A DNA stretch of 64,000 nucleotides, taken from NCBI RefSeq assembly GCF_009914755.1, contig NC_060938.1; one strand, 5' to 3'. Made by a program: the position numbers and the translations under genes. Under the pieces are notes generated by a model. That model ran no database searches. It was given only the letters and a program-made list of their open reading frames with translations, and was not told the origin of the DNA. This document shows positions 1-14,100 of the stretch, piece by piece (the first letter of the stretch is position 1; every line of letters begins with the position of its first letter). The DNA is from the human T2T-CHM13v2.0 reference genome, Homo sapiens.

Positions 1-192
1 CTAGCTTGTAGGGGAAGATATTCCCTTTATCACCATGGGCCTCCAACCGTCCGAAACATCCACTTCCATATACTACAAAAAGAGCGTTTCAAACCTGCTC
101 TATGAAAGGCAATGTTCAACTCTGTGACTTGAATGCAGACATCACAGAGCAGTTTCTGAGAATGCTTCTGTCTAGATTTTATAGGAAGATAT

Positions 193-209
193 TCCCGTTT
201 CCAACGAAA
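193..209 (-). promoter_or_regulatory. CENP-B box 1 of the HOR (representative; 188 box positions in the window, 4 per 8-mer and 5 per 10-mer)
   Basis: Plus strand tcccgtttccaacgaaa = minus TTTCGTTGGAAACGGGA, matching YTTCGTTGGAARCGGGA. Confidence 0.97.
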
Positions 210-534
210 TCTTCACAGCTATCCAAATATCCACTTGCAGATTCTACAAAAAGAGTGTATCAAAACTGCTCTGTCAAAAGGAAGGTTCTTCTCTGTTAGG
301 TGAGTGCATACGTCATAAAGGAGTTTCTGAGAATGTTTCTGTCTAGTGGTTATGGGAAGATATTTGCTTTTTCACCGTAGGCCTCAGAGCGCTCCAAATA
401 TCCACTTGCACATACTACAAAAAGAGTGCTTCAAAGCTGCTCTCTGAAACGGAATGTTCAACTCTATGAGTTGAATGCAAACATCACAAAGACGTTTCTG
501 AGAATGCTTCTGTCTAGATTTGATATGAAGATAT

Positions 535-551
535 TCCCGTTTCCAACGAAA
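535..551 (-). promoter_or_regulatory. CENP-B box 2 of the HOR (representative)
   Basis: tcccgtttccaacgaaa, 342 bp after box 1. Confidence 0.97.
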
Positions 552-872
552 TCTTCAAATCTATCCAAATGTCCACTTGCAGATTCAACAAAAAGTGTTT
601 TTCAGAACTGCTCTATCAAAAGAAAGATCCACCTCTGTTAGCTGAGTTCACACATCACAAACAAGTTTATGAGAATGCTTCTGTCTAGTTTTTATTTGAA
701 GATATTTCCTTTCTCACCATAGAGCTGAAAGCTGTCCTAATGTTCACTTCCAGATACTACAGAAAGAGTGTTTCAAAATTGCTGTACGAAAGGGAATGTT
801 CAACTCTGTGACTTGAATGCACACATCACAAAGAAGTTTCTGAGGATGCTGCTGTCTACTTTTTATACGTAA

Positions 873-889
873 TCCCGTTTCCAACGAAA
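873..889 (-). promoter_or_regulatory. CENP-B box 3 of the HOR (representative; next to the 4-bp-short segment)
   Basis: tcccgtttccaacgaaa, 338 bp after box 2. Confidence 0.97.
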
Positions 890-1043
890 TCCTCCAAGCT
901 ATCCAAATATCCACTTGCAGATTCCACAGAAAGACTGTTTCAAAACTGCTCTGTCAATAGAAAGGTTCAACTCTGTTAGCTGCATGCATATATCCCAAAG
1001 AAGATTCTGAGATTGCTTCTGTCTAGTTTTTATGGGAAGATAT

Positions 1044-1060
1044 TTCCCTTTTCACCGTAG
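1044..1060 (+). promoter_or_regulatory. pJalpha-like site in a monomer lacking the CENP-B box (representative)
   Basis: ttcccttttcaccgtag resembles the pJalpha motif TTCCTTTTYCACCRTAG. Degenerate versions occupy the equivalent position in the other box-less monomers. Confidence 0.6.
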
Positions 1061-1214
1061 GCGTCAAGGCGCTCCAAATGTCCACTTCCAGATACTACAA
1101 AAAGAGTGTTTCAAACCTACTCTGTGAAAGGGAATATTCAACTCTGTGACTTGAATGCACATATCACAAGGAAGTTTCTGAGAATGCTTCTGTCGAGATT
1201 TTATATGAAGATAT

Positions 1215-1231
1215 TCCCGTGTCCAACGAAA
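1215..1231 (-). promoter_or_regulatory. CENP-B box 4 of the HOR (here a variant at a non-essential position)
   Basis: tcccgtGtccaacgaaa, 342 bp after box 3. The NTTCGNNNNANNCGGGN core is intact. Confidence 0.9.
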
Positions 1232-1364
1232 TCCTGAAATCTATCCAAATATCCCCTTGCAGATTCTACAAAAAGAGTGTTTCAAAACTGCTCTGTAAAA
1301 AGAAAGGTTCAACTCTGTTAGTTGAGTACACACATCACAAACAAGTTTCACACAATGCTTCTTT

Positions 1365-2728
1365 CTAGCTTGTAGGGGAAGATATTCCCTTTATCACCAT
1401 GGGCCTCAAACCGTCCGATAAGTCCACTTCCATATACTACAAAAAGAGCGTTTCAAACCTGCTCTATGAAAGGCAATGTTCAACTCTGTGACTTGAATGC
1501 AGACATCACAGAGCAGTTTCTGAGAATGCTTCTGTCTAGATTTTATAGGAAGATATTCCCGTTTCCAACGAAATCTTCACAGCTATCCAAATATCCACTT
1601 GCAGATTCTACAAAAAGAGTGTATCAAAACTGCTCTGTCAAAAGGAAGGTTCTTTTCTGTTAGGTGAGTGCATACGTCATAAAGGAGTTTCTGAGAATGT
1701 TTCTGTCTAGTGGTTATGGGAAGATATTTGCTTTTTCACCGTAGGCCTCAGAGCGCTCCAAATATCCACTTGCACATACTACAAAAAGAGTGCCTCAAAG
1801 CTGCTCTCTGAAACGGAATGTTCAACTCTATGAGTTGAATGCAAACATCGCAAAGACGTTTCTGAGAATGCTTCTGTCTAGATTTGATATGAAGATATTC
1901 CCGTTTCCAACGAAATCTTCAAATCTATCCAAATGTCCACTTGCAGATTCAACAAAAAGTGTTTTTCAGAACTGCTCTATCAAAAGAAAGATCCACCTCT
2001 GTTAGCTGAGTTTACACATCACAAACAAGTTTATGAGAATGCTTCTGTCTAGTTTTTATTTGAAGATATTTCCTTTCTCACCATAGAGCTGAAAGCTGTC
2101 CTAATGTTCACTTCCAGATACTACAGAAAGAGTGTTTCAAAACTGCTGTACGAAAGGGAATGTTCAACTATGTGACTTGAATGCACACATCACAAAGAAG
2201 TTTCTGAGGATGCTGCTGTCTACTTTTTATACGTAATCCCGTTTCCAACGAAATCCTCCAAGCTATCCAAATATCCACTTGCAGATTCCACAGAAAGACT
2301 GTTTCAAAACTGCTCTGTCAATAGAAAGGTTCAACTCTGTTAGCTGCGTGCATATATCCCAAAGAAGATTCTGAGATTGCTTCTGTCTAGTTTTTATGGG
2401 AAGATATTTCCCTTTTCACCGTAGGTGTCAAGGCGCTCCAAATGTCCACTTCCAGATACTACAAAAAGAGTGTTTCAAACCTACTCTGTGAAAGGGAATA
2501 TTCAACTCTGTGACTTGAATGCACATATCACAAAGAAGTTTCTGAGAATGCTTCTGTCGAGATTTTATATGAAGATATTCCCGTTTCCAACGAAATGCTG
2601 AAATCTATCCAAATATCCCCTCGCAGATTCTACAAAAAGAGTGTTTCAAAACTGCTCTGTGAAAAGAAAGGTTCAACTCTGTTAGTTGAGTACACACATC
2701 ACAAACAAGTTTCACAGAATGCTTCTTT
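1365..2728 (-). repeat. Representative 8-mer HOR, haplotype H2
   Basis: Diagnostics: ctcaaaccgtccgataagtcc, ttttctg, gtgcctc, atcgcaaag, tgcgtgc, ggtgtc, acaaaga, aatgctg, ccctcgc, ctgtgaa, cagaatg. Confidence 0.93.
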
Positions 2729-5700
2729 CTAGCTTGTAGGGGAAGATATTCCCTTTATCACCATGGGCCTCCAACCGTCCGAAACATCCACTTCCATATA
2801 CTACAAAAAGAGCGTTTCAAACCTGCTCTATGAAAGGCAATGTTCAACTCTGTGACTTGAATGCAGACATCACAGAGCAGTTTCTGAGAATGCTTCTGTC
2901 TAGATTTTATAGGAAGATATTCCCGTTTCCAACGAAATCTTCACAGCTATCCAAATATCCACTTGCAGATTCTACAAAAAGAGTGTATCAAAACTGCTCT
3001 GTCAAAAGGAAGGTTCTTCTCTGTTAGGTGAGTGCATACGTCATAAAGGAGTTTCTGAGAATGTTTCTGTCTAGTGGTTATGGGAAGATACTTGCTTTTT
3101 CACCGTAGGCCTCAGAGCGCTCCAAATATCCACTTGCACATACTACAAAAAGAGTGCTTCAAAGCTGCTCTCTGAAACGGAATGTTCAACTCTATGAGTT
3201 GAATGCAAACATCACAAAGACGTTTCTGAGAATGCTTCTGTCTAGATTTGATATGAAGATATTCCCGTTTCCAACGAAATCTTCAAATGTATCCAAATGT
3301 CCACTTGCAGATTCAACAAAAAGTGTTTTTCAGAACTGCTCTATCAAAAGTAAGATCCACCTCTGTTAGCTGAGTTCACACCTCACAAACAAGTTTATGA
3401 GAATGCTTCTGTCTAGTTTTTATTTGAAGATATTTCCTTTCTCACCATAGAGCTGAAAGCTGTCCTAATGTTCACTTCCAGATACTACAGAAAGAGTGTT
3501 TCAAAACTGCTGTACGAAAGGGAATGTTCAACTCTGTGACTTGAATGCACACATCACAAAGAAGTTTCTGAGGATGCTGCTGTCTACTTTTTATACGTAA
3601 TCCCGTTTCCAACGAAATCCTCCAAGCTATCCAAATATCCACTTGCAGATTCCACAGAAAGACTGTTTCAAAACTGCTCTGTCAATAGAAAGGTTCAACT
3701 CTGTTAGCTGCATGCATATATCCCAAAGAAGATTCTGAGATTGCTTCTGTCTAGTTTTTATGGGAAGATATTTCCCTTTTCACCGTAGGCGTCAAGGCGC
3801 TCCAAATGTCCACTTCCAGATACTACAAAAAGAGTGTTTCAAACCTACTCTGTGAAAGGGAATATTCAACTCTGTGACTTGAATGCACATATCACAAGGA
3901 AGTTTCTGAGAATGCTTCTGTCGAGATTTTATATGAAGATATTCCCGTTTCCAACGAAATCCTGAAATGTATCCAAATATCCCCTTGCAGATTCTACAAA
4001 AAGAGTGTTTCAAAACTGCTCTGTAAAAAGAAAGGTTCAACTCTGTTAGTTGAGTACACACATCACAAACAAGTTTCACACAATGCTTCTTTCTAGCTTG
4101 TAGGGGAAGATATTCCCTTTATCACCATGGGCCTCAAACCGTCCGATAAGTCCACTTCCATATACTACAAAAAGAGCGTTTCAAACCTGCTCTATGAAAG
4201 GCAATGTTCAACTCTGTGACTTGAATGCAGACATCACAGAGCAGTTTCTGAGAATGCTTCTGTCTAGATTTTATAGGAAGATATTCCCGTTTCCAATGAA
4301 ATCTTCACAGCTATCCAAATATCCACTTGCAGATTCTACAAAAAGAGTGTATCAAAACTGCTCTGTCAAAAGGAAGGTTCTTCTCTGTTAGGTGAGTGCA
4401 TACGTCATAAAGGAGTTTCTGAGAATGTTTCTGTCTAGTGGTTATGGGAAGATATTTGCTTTTTCACCGTAGGCCTCAGAGCGCTCCAAATATCCACTTG
4501 CACATACTACAAAAAGAGTGCTTCAAAGATGCTCTCTGAAACGGAATGTTCAACTCTATGAGTTGAATGCAAACATCACAAAGACGTTTCTGAGAATGCT
4601 TCTGTCTAGATTTGATATGAAGATATTCCCGTTTCCAACGAAATCTTCAAATCTATCCAAATGTCCACTTGCAGATTCAACAAAAAGTGTTTTTCAGAAC
4701 TGCTCTATCAAAAGAAAGATCCACCTCTGTTAGCTGAGTTCACACATCACAAACAAGTTTATGAGAATGCTTCTGTCTAGTTTTTATTTGAAGATATTTC
4801 CTTTCTCACCATAGAGCTGAAAGCTGTCCTAATGTTCACTTCCAGATACTACAGAAAGAGTGTTTCAAAACTGCTGTACGAAAGGGAATGTTCAACTCTG
4901 TGACTTGAATGCACACATCACAAAGAAGTTTCTGAGGATGCTGCTGTCTACTTTTTATACGTAATCCCGTTTCCAACGAAATCCTCCAAGCTATCCAAAT
5001 ATCCACTTGCAGATTCCACAGAAAGACTGTTTCAAAACTGCTCTGTCAATAGAAAGGTTCAACTCTGTTAGCTGCATGCATATATCCCAAAGAAGATTCT
5101 GAGATTGCTTCTGTCTAGTTTTTATGGGAAGATATTTCCCTTTTCACCGTAGGCGTCAAGGCGCTCCAAATGTCCACTTCCAGATACTACAAAAAGAGTG
5201 TTTCAAACCTACTCTGTGAAAGGGAATATTCAACTCTGTGACCTGAATGCACATATCACAAGGAAGTTTCTGAGAATGCTTCTGTCGAGATTTTATATGA
5301 AGATATTCCCGTTTCCAACGAAATCCTGAAATCTATCCAAATATCCCCTTGCAGATTCTACAAAAAGAGTGTTTCAAAACTGCTCTGTGAAAAGAAAGGT
5401 TCAACTCTGTTAGTTGAGTACACACATCACAAACAAGTTTCACAGAATGCTTCTTTCTAGCTTGTAGGGGAAGATATTCCCTTTATCACCATGGGCCTCC
5501 AACCGTCCGAAACATCCACTTCCATATACTACAAAAAGAGCGTTTCAAACCTGCTCTATGAAAGGCAATGTTCAACTCTGTGACTTGAATGCAGACATCA
5601 CAGAGCAGTTTCTGAGAATGCTTCTGTCTAGATTTTATAGGAAGATATTCCCGTTTCCAACGAAATCTTCACAGCTATCCAAATATCCACTTGCAGATTC

Positions 5701-8184
5701 TACAAAAAGAGTGTATCAAAACTGCTCTGTCAAAAGGAAGGTTCTTCTCTGTTAGGTGAGTGCATACGTCATAAAGGAGTTTCTGAGAATGTTTCTGTCT
5801 AGTGGTTATGGGAAGATATTTGCTTTTTCACCGTAGGCCTCAGAGCGCTCCAAATATCCACTTGCACATACTACAAAAAGAGTGCTTCAAAGCTGCTCTC
5901 TGAAACGGAATGTTCAACTCTATGAGTTGAATGCAAACATCACAAAGACGTTTCTGAGAATGCTTCTGTCTAGATTTGATATGAAGATATTCCCGTTTCC
6001 AACGAAATCTTCAAATCTATCCAAATGTCCACTTGCAGATTCAACAAAAAGTGTTTTTCAGAACTGCTCTATCAAAAGAAAGATCCACCTCTGTTAGCTG
6101 AGTTCACACATCACAAACAAGTTTATGAGAATGCTTCTGTCTAGTTTTTATTTGAAGATATTTCCTTTCTCACCATAGAGCTGAAAGCTGTCCTAATGTT
6201 CACTTCCAGATACTACAGAAAGAGTGTTTCAAAACTGCTGTACGAAAGGGAATGTTCAACTCTGTGACTTGAATGCACACATCACAAAGAAGTTTCTGAG
6301 GATGCTGCTGTCTACTTTTTATACGTAATCCCGTTTCCAACGAAATCCTCCAAGCTATCCAAATATCCACTTGTAGATTCCACAGAAAGACTGTTTCAAA
6401 ACTGCTCTGTCAATAGAAAGGTTCAACTCTGTTAGCTGCATGCATATATCCCAAAGAAGATTCTGAGATTGCTTCTGTCTAGTTTTTATGGGAAGATATT
6501 TCCCTTTTCACCGTAGGCGTCAAGGCGCTCCAAATGTCTACTTCCAGATACTACAAAAAGAGTGTTTCAAACCTACTCTGTGAAAGGGAATATTCAACTC
6601 TGTGACTTGAATGCACATATCACAAGGAAGTTTCTGAGAATGCTTCTGTCGAGATTTTATATGAAGATATTCCCGTGTCCAACGAAATCCTGAAATCTAT
6701 CCAAATATCCCCTTGCAGATTCTACAAAAAGAGTGTTTCAAAACTGCTCTGTAAAAAGAAAGGTTCAACTCTGTTAGTTGAGTACACACATCACAAACAA
6801 GTTTCACACAATGCTTCTTTCTAGCTTGTAGGGGAAGATATTCCCTTTATCACCATGGGCCTCAAACCGTCCGATAAGTCCACTTCCATATACTACAAAA
6901 AGAGCGTTTCAAACCTGCTCTATGAAAGGCAATGTTCAACTCTGTGACTTGAATGCAGACATCACAGAGCAGTTTCTGAGAATGCTTCTGTCTAGATTTT
7001 ATAGGAAGATATTCCCGTTTCCAACGAAATCTTCACAGCTATCCAAATATCCACTTGCAGATTCTACAAAAAGAGTGTATCAAAACTGCTCTGTCAAAAG
7101 GAAGGTTCTTTTCTGTTAGGTGAGTGCATACGTCATAAAGGAGTTTCTGAGAATGTTTCTGTCTAGTGGTTATGGGAAGATATTTGCTTTTTCACCGTAG
7201 GCCTCAGAGCGCTCCAAATATCCACTTGCACATACTACAAAAAGAGTGCCTCAAAGCTGCTCTCTGAAACGGAATGTTCAACTCTATGAGTTGAATGCAA
7301 ACATCGCAAAGACGTTTCTGAGAATGCTTCTGTCTAGATTTGATATGAAGATATTCCCGTTTCCAACGAAATCTTCAAATCTATCCAAATGTCCACTTGC
7401 AGATTCAACAAAAAGTGTTTTTCAGAACTGCTCTATCAAAAGAAAGATCCACCTCTGTTAGCTGAGTTCACACATCACAAACAAGTTTATGAGAATGCTT
7501 CTGTCTAGTTTTTATTTGAAGATATTTCCTTTCTCACCATAGAGCTGAAAGCTGTCCTAATGTTCACTTCCAGATACTACAGAAAGAGTGTTTCAAAACT
7601 GCTGTACGAAAGGGAATGTTCAACTATGTGACTTGAATGCACACATCACAAAGAAGTTTCTGAGGATGCTGCTGTCTACTTTTTATACGTAATCCCGTTT
7701 CCAACGAAATCCTCCAAGCTATCCAAATATCCACTTGCAGATTCCACAGAAAGACTGTTTCAAAACTGCTCTGTCAATAGAAAGGTTCAACTCTGCTAGC
7801 TGCGTGCATATATCCCAAAGAAGATTCTGAGATTGCTTCTGTCTAGTTTTTATGGGAAGATATTTCCCTTTTCACCGTAGGTGTCAAGGCGCTCCAAATG
7901 TCCACTTCCAGATACTACAAAAAGAGTGTTTCAAACCTACTCTGTGAAAGGGAATATTCAACTCTGTGACTTGAATGCACATATCACAAAGAAGTTTCTG
8001 AGAATGCTTCTGTCGAGATTTTATATGAAGATATTCCCGTTTCCAACGAAATGCTGAAATCTATCCAAATATCCCCTCGCAGATTCTACAAAAAGAGTGT
8101 TTCAAAACTGCTCTGTGAAAAGAAAGGTTCAACTCTGTTAGTTGAGTACACACATCACAAACAAGTTTCACAGAATGCTTCTTT

Positions 8185-11100
8185 CTAGCTTGTAGGGGAA
8201 GATATTCCCTTTATCACCATGGGCCTCCAACCGTCCGAAACATCCACTTCCATATACTACAAAAAGAGCGTTTCAAACCTGCTCTATGAAAGGCAATGTT
8301 CAACTCTGTGACTTGAATGCAGACATCACAGAGCAGTTTCTGAGAATGCTTCTGTCTAGATTTTATAGGAAGATATTCCCGTTTCCAACGAAATCTTCAC
8401 AGCTATCCAAATATCCACTTGCAGATTCTACAAAAAGAGTGTATCAAAACTGCTCTGTCAAAAGGAAGGTTCTTCTCTGTTAGGTGAGTGCATACGTCAT
8501 AAAGGAGTTTCTGAGAATGTTTCTGTCTAGTGGTTATGGGAAGATATTTGCTTTTTCACCGTAGGCCTCAGAGCGCTCCAAATATCCACTTGCACATACT
8601 ACAAAAAGAGTGCTTCAAAGCTGCTCTCTGAAACGGAATGTTCAACTCTATGAGTTGAATGCAAACATCACAAAGACGTTTCTGAGAATGCTTCTGTCTA
8701 GATTTGATATGAAGATATTCCCGTTTCCAACGAAATCTTCAAATCTATCCAAATGTCCACTTGCAGATTCAACAAAAAGTGTTTTTCAGAACTGCTCTAT
8801 CAAAAGAAAGATCCACCTCTGTTAGCTGAGTTCACACATCACAAACAAGTTTATGAGAATGCTTCTGTCTAGTTTTTATTTGAAGATATTTCCTTTCTCA
8901 CCATAGAGCTGAAAGCTGTCCTAATGTTCACTTCCAGATACTACAGAAAGAGTGTTTCAAAACTGCTGTACGAAAGGGAATGTTCAACTCTGTGACTTGA
9001 ATGCACACATCACAAAGAAGTTTCTGAGGATGCTGCTGTCTACTTTTTATACGTAATCCCGTTTCCAACGAAATCCTCCAAGCTATCCAAATATCCACTT
9101 GCAGATTCCACAGAAAGACTGTTTCAAAACTGCTCTGTCAATAGAAAGGTTCAACTCTGTTAGCTGCATGCATATATCCCAAAGAAGATTCTGAGATTGC
9201 TTCTGTCTAGTTTTTATGGGAAGATATTTCCCTTTTCACCGTAGGCGTCAAGGCGCTCCAAATGTCCACTTCCAGATACTACAAAAAGAGTGTTTCAAAC
9301 CTACTCTGTGAAAGGGAATATTCAACTCTGTGACTTGAATGCACATATCACAAGGAAGTTTCTGAGAATGCTTCTGTCGAGATTTTATATGAAGATATTC
9401 CCGTTTCCAACGAAATCCTGAAATGTATCCAAATATCCCCTTGCAGATTCTACAAAAAGAGTGTTTCAAAACTGCTCTGTAAAAAGAAAGGTTCAACTCT
9501 GTTAGTTGAGTACACACATCACAAAGAAGTTTCACACAATGCTTCTTTCTAGCTTGTAGGGGAAGATATTCCCTTTATCACCATGGGCCTCAAACCGTCC
9601 GATAAGTCCACTTCCATATACTACAAAAAGAGCGTTTCAAACCTGCTCTATGAAAGGCAATGTTCAACTCTGTGACTTGAATGCAGACATCACAGAGCAG
9701 TTTCTGAGAATGCTTCTGTCTAGATTTTATAGGAAGATATTCCCGTTTCCAACGAAATCTTCACAGCTATCCAAATATCCACTTGCAGATTCTACAAAAA
9801 GAGTGTATCAAAACTGCCCTGTCAAAAGGAAGGTTCTTTTCTGTTAGGTGAGTGCATACGTCATAAAGGAGTTTCTGAGAATGTTTCTGTCTAGTGGTTA
9901 TGGGAAGATATTTGCTTTTTCACCGTAGGCCTCAGAGCGCTCCAAATATCCACTTGCACATACTACAAAAAGAGTGCCTCAAAGCTGCTCTCTGAAACGG
10001 AATGTTCAACTCTATGAGTTGAATGCAAACATCGCAAAGACGTTTCTGAGAATGCTTCTGTCTAGATTTGATATGAAGATATTCCCGTTTCCAACGAAAT
10101 CTTCAAATCTATCCAAATGTCCACTTGCAGATTCAACAAAAAGTGTTTTTCAGAACTGCTCTATCAAAAGAAAGATCCACCTCTGTTAGCTGAGTTCACA
10201 CATCACAAACAAGTTTATGAGAATGCTTCTGTCTAGTTTTTATTTGAAGATATTTCCTTTCTCACCATAGAGCTGAAAGCTGTCCTAATGTTCACTTCCA
10301 GATACTACAGAAAGAGTGTTTCAAAACTGCTGTACGAAAGGGAATGTTCAACTATGTGACTTGAATGCACACATCACAAAGAAGTTTCTGAGGATGCTGC
10401 TGTCTACTTTTTATACGTAATCCCGTTTCCAACGATATCCTCCAAGCTATCCAAATATCCACTTGCAGATTCCACAGAAAGACTGTTTCAAAACTGCTCT
10501 GTCAATAGAAAGGTTCAACTCTGTTAGCTGCGTGCATATATCCCAAAGAAGATTCTGAGATTGCTTCTGTCTAGTTTTTATGGGAAGATATTTCCCTTTT
10601 CACCGTAGGCGTCAAGGCGCTCCAAATGTCCACTTCCAGATACTACAAAAAGAGTGTTTCAAACCTACTCTGTGAAAGGGAATATTCAACTCTGTGACTT
10701 GAATGCACATATCACAAAGAAGTTTCTGAGAATGCTTCTGTCGAGATTTTATATGAAGATATTCCCGTTTCCAACCAAGTGCTGAAATCTATCCAAATAT
10801 CCCCTCGCAGATTCTACAAAAAGAGTGTTTCAAAACTGCTCTGTGAAAAGAAAGGTTCAACTCTGTTAGTTGAGTACACACATCACAAACAAGTTTCACA
10901 GAATGCTTCTTTCTAGCTTGTAGGGGAAGATATTCCCTTTATCACCATGGGCCTCCAACCGTCCGAAACATCCACTTCCATATACTACAAAAAGAGCGTT
11001 TCAAACCTGCTCTATGAAAGGCAATGTTCAACTCTGTGACTTGAATGCAGACATCACAGAGCAGTTTCTGAGAATGCTTCTGTCTAGATTTTATAGGAAG

Positions 11101-14100
11101 ATATTCCCGTTTCCAACGAAATCTTCACAGCTATCCAAATATCCACTTGCAGATTCTACAAAAAGAGTGTATCAAAACTGCTCTGTCAAAAGGAAGGTTC
11201 TTCTCTGTTAGGTGAGTGCATACGTCATAAAGGAGTTTCTGAGAATGTTTCTGTCTAGTGGTTATGGGAAGATATTTGCTTTTTCACCGTAGGCCTCAGA
11301 GCGCTCCAAATATCCACTTGCACATACTACAAAAAGAGTGCTTCAAAGCTGCTCTCTGAAACGGAATGTTCAACTCTATGAGTTGAATGCAAACATCACA
11401 AAGACGTTTCTGAGAATGCTTCTGTCTAGATTTGATATGAAGATATTCCCGTTTCCAACGAAATCTTCAAATCTATCCAAATGTCCACTTGCAGATTCAA
11501 CAAAAAGTGTTTTTCAGAACTGCTCTATCAAAAGAAAGATCCACCTCTGTTAGCTGAGTTCACACATCACAAACAAGTTTATGAGAATGCTTCTGTCTAG
11601 TTTTTATTTGAAGATATTTCCTTTCTCACCATAGAGCTGAAAGCTGTCCTAATGTTCACTTCCAGATACTACAGAAAGAGTGTTTCAAAACTGCTGTACG
11701 AAAGGGAATGTTCAACTCTGTGACTTGAATGCACACATCACAAAGAAGTTTCTGAGGATGCTGCTGTCTACTTTTTATACGTAATCCCGTTTCCAACGAA
11801 ATCCTCCAAGCTATCCAAATATCCACTTGCAGATTCCACAGAAAGACTGTTTCAAAACTGCTCTGTCAATAGAAAGGTTCAACTCTGTTAGCTGCGTGCA
11901 TATATCCCAAAGAAGATTCTGAGATTGCTTCTGTCTAGTTTTTATGGGAAGATATTTCCCTTTTCACCGTAGGCGTCAAGGCGCTCCAAATGTCCACTTC
12001 CAGATACTACAAAAAGAGTGTTTCAAACCTACTCTGTGAAAGGGAATATTCAACTCTGTGACTTGAATGCACATATCACAAGGAAGTTTCTGAGAATGCT
12101 TCTGTCGAGATTTTATATGAAGATATTCCCGTTTCCAACGAAATCCTGAAATGTATCCAAATATCCCCTTGCAGATTCTACAAAAAGAGTGTTTCAAAAC
12201 TGCTCTGTAAAAAGAAAGGTTCAACTCTGTTAGTTGAGTACACACATCACAAAGAAGTTTCACACAATGCTTCTTTCTAGCTTGTAGGGGAAGATATTCC
12301 CTTTATCACCATGGGCCTCAAACCGTCCGATAAGTCCACTTCCATATACTACAAAAAGAGCGTTTCAAACCTGCTCTATGAAAGGCAATGTTCAACTCTG
12401 TGACTTGAATGCAGACATCACAGAGCAGTTTCTGAGAATGCTTCTGTCTAGATTTTATAGGAAGATATTCCCGTTTCCAACGAAATCTTCACAGCTATCC
12501 AAATATCCACTTGCAGATTCTACAAAAAGAGTGTATCAAAACTGCCCTGTCAAAAGGAAGGTTCTTTTCTGTTAGGTGAGTGCATACGTCATAAAGGAGT
12601 TTCTGAGAATGTTTCTGTCTAGTGGTTATGGGAAGATATTTGCTTTTTCACCGTAGGCCTCAGAGCGCTCCAAATATCCACTTGCACATACTACAAAAAG
12701 AGTGCCTCAAAGCTGCTCTCTGAAACGGAATGTTCAACTCTATGAGTTGAATGCAAACATCGCAAAGACGTTTCTGAGAATGCTTCTGTCTAGATTTGAT
12801 ATGAAGATATTCCCGTTTCCAACGAAATCTTCAAATCTATCCAAATGTCCACTTGCAGATTCAACAAAAAGTGTTTTTCAGAACTGCTCTATCAAAAGAA
12901 AGATCCACCTCTGTTAGCTGAGTTCACACATCACAAACAAGTTTATGAGAATGCTTCTGTCTAGTTTTTATTTGAAGATATTTCCTTTCTCACCATAGAG
13001 CTGAAAGCTGTCCTAATGTTCACTTCCAGATACTACAGAAAGAGTGTTTCAAAACTGCTGTACGAAAGGGAATGTTCAACTATGTGACTTGAATGCACAC
13101 ATCACAAAGAAGTTTCTGAGGATGCTGCTGTCTACTTTTTATACGTAATCCCGTTTCCAACGAAATCCTCCAAGCTATCCAAATATCCACTTGCAGATTC
13201 CACAGAAAGACTGTTTCAAAACTGCTCTGTCAATAGAAAGGTTCAACTCTGTTAGCTGCGTGCATATATCCCAAAGAAGATTCTGAGATTGCTTCTGTCT
13301 AGTTTTTATGGGAAGATATTTCCCTTTTCACCGTAGGCGTCAAGGCGCTCCAAATGTCCACTTCCAGATACTACAAAAAGAGTGTTTCAAACCTACTCTG
13401 TGAAAGGGAATATTCAACTCTGTGACTTGAATGCACATATCACAAGGAAGTTTCTGAGAATGCTTCTGTCGAGATTTTATATGAAGATATTCCCGTTTCC
13501 AACCAAATGCTGAAATCTATCCAAATATCCCCTCGCAGATTCTACAAAAAGAGTGTTTCAAAACTGCTCTGTGAAAAGAAAGGTTCAACTCTGTTAGTTG
13601 AGTACACACATCACAAACAAGTTTCACAGAATGCTTCTTTCTAGCTTGTAGGGGAAGATATTCCCTTTATCACCATGGGCCTCCAACCGTCCGAAACATC
13701 CACTTCCATATACTACAAAAAGAGCGTTTCAAACCTGCTCTATGAAAGGCAATGTTCAACTCTGTGACTTGAATGCAGACATCACAGAGCAGTTTCTGAG
13801 AATGCTTCTGTCTAGATTTTATAGGAAGATATTCCCGTTTCCAACGAAATCTTCACAGCTATCCAAATATCCACTTGCAGATTCTACAAAAAGAGTGTAT
13901 CAAAACTGCCCTGTCAAAAGGAAGGTTCTTTTCTGTTAGGTGAGTGCATACGTCATAAAGGAGTTTCTGAGAATGTTTCTGTCTAGTGGTTATGGGAAGA
14001 TATTTGCTTTTTCACCGTAGGCCTCAGAGCGCTCCAAATATCCCCTTGCACATACTACAAAAAGAGTGCCTCAAAGCTGCTCTCTGAAACGGAATGTTCA

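Larger units (their letters stand above)
1..1364 (-). repeat. Representative 8-mer HOR, haplotype H1
   Basis: Diagnostics: ctccaaccgtccgaaacatcc, ttctctg, gtgcttc, atcacaaag, tgcatgc, ggcgtc, acaagga, aatcctg, cccttgc, ctgtaaa, cacaatg. Confidence 0.93.

Noticed and set aside
154-162. TTCTGAGAA palindrome (STAT/GAS-like TTCN3GAA) and other short dyads in most monomers
   Set aside because: These are generic alpha-satellite consensus features, and function cannot be supported from sequence alone.
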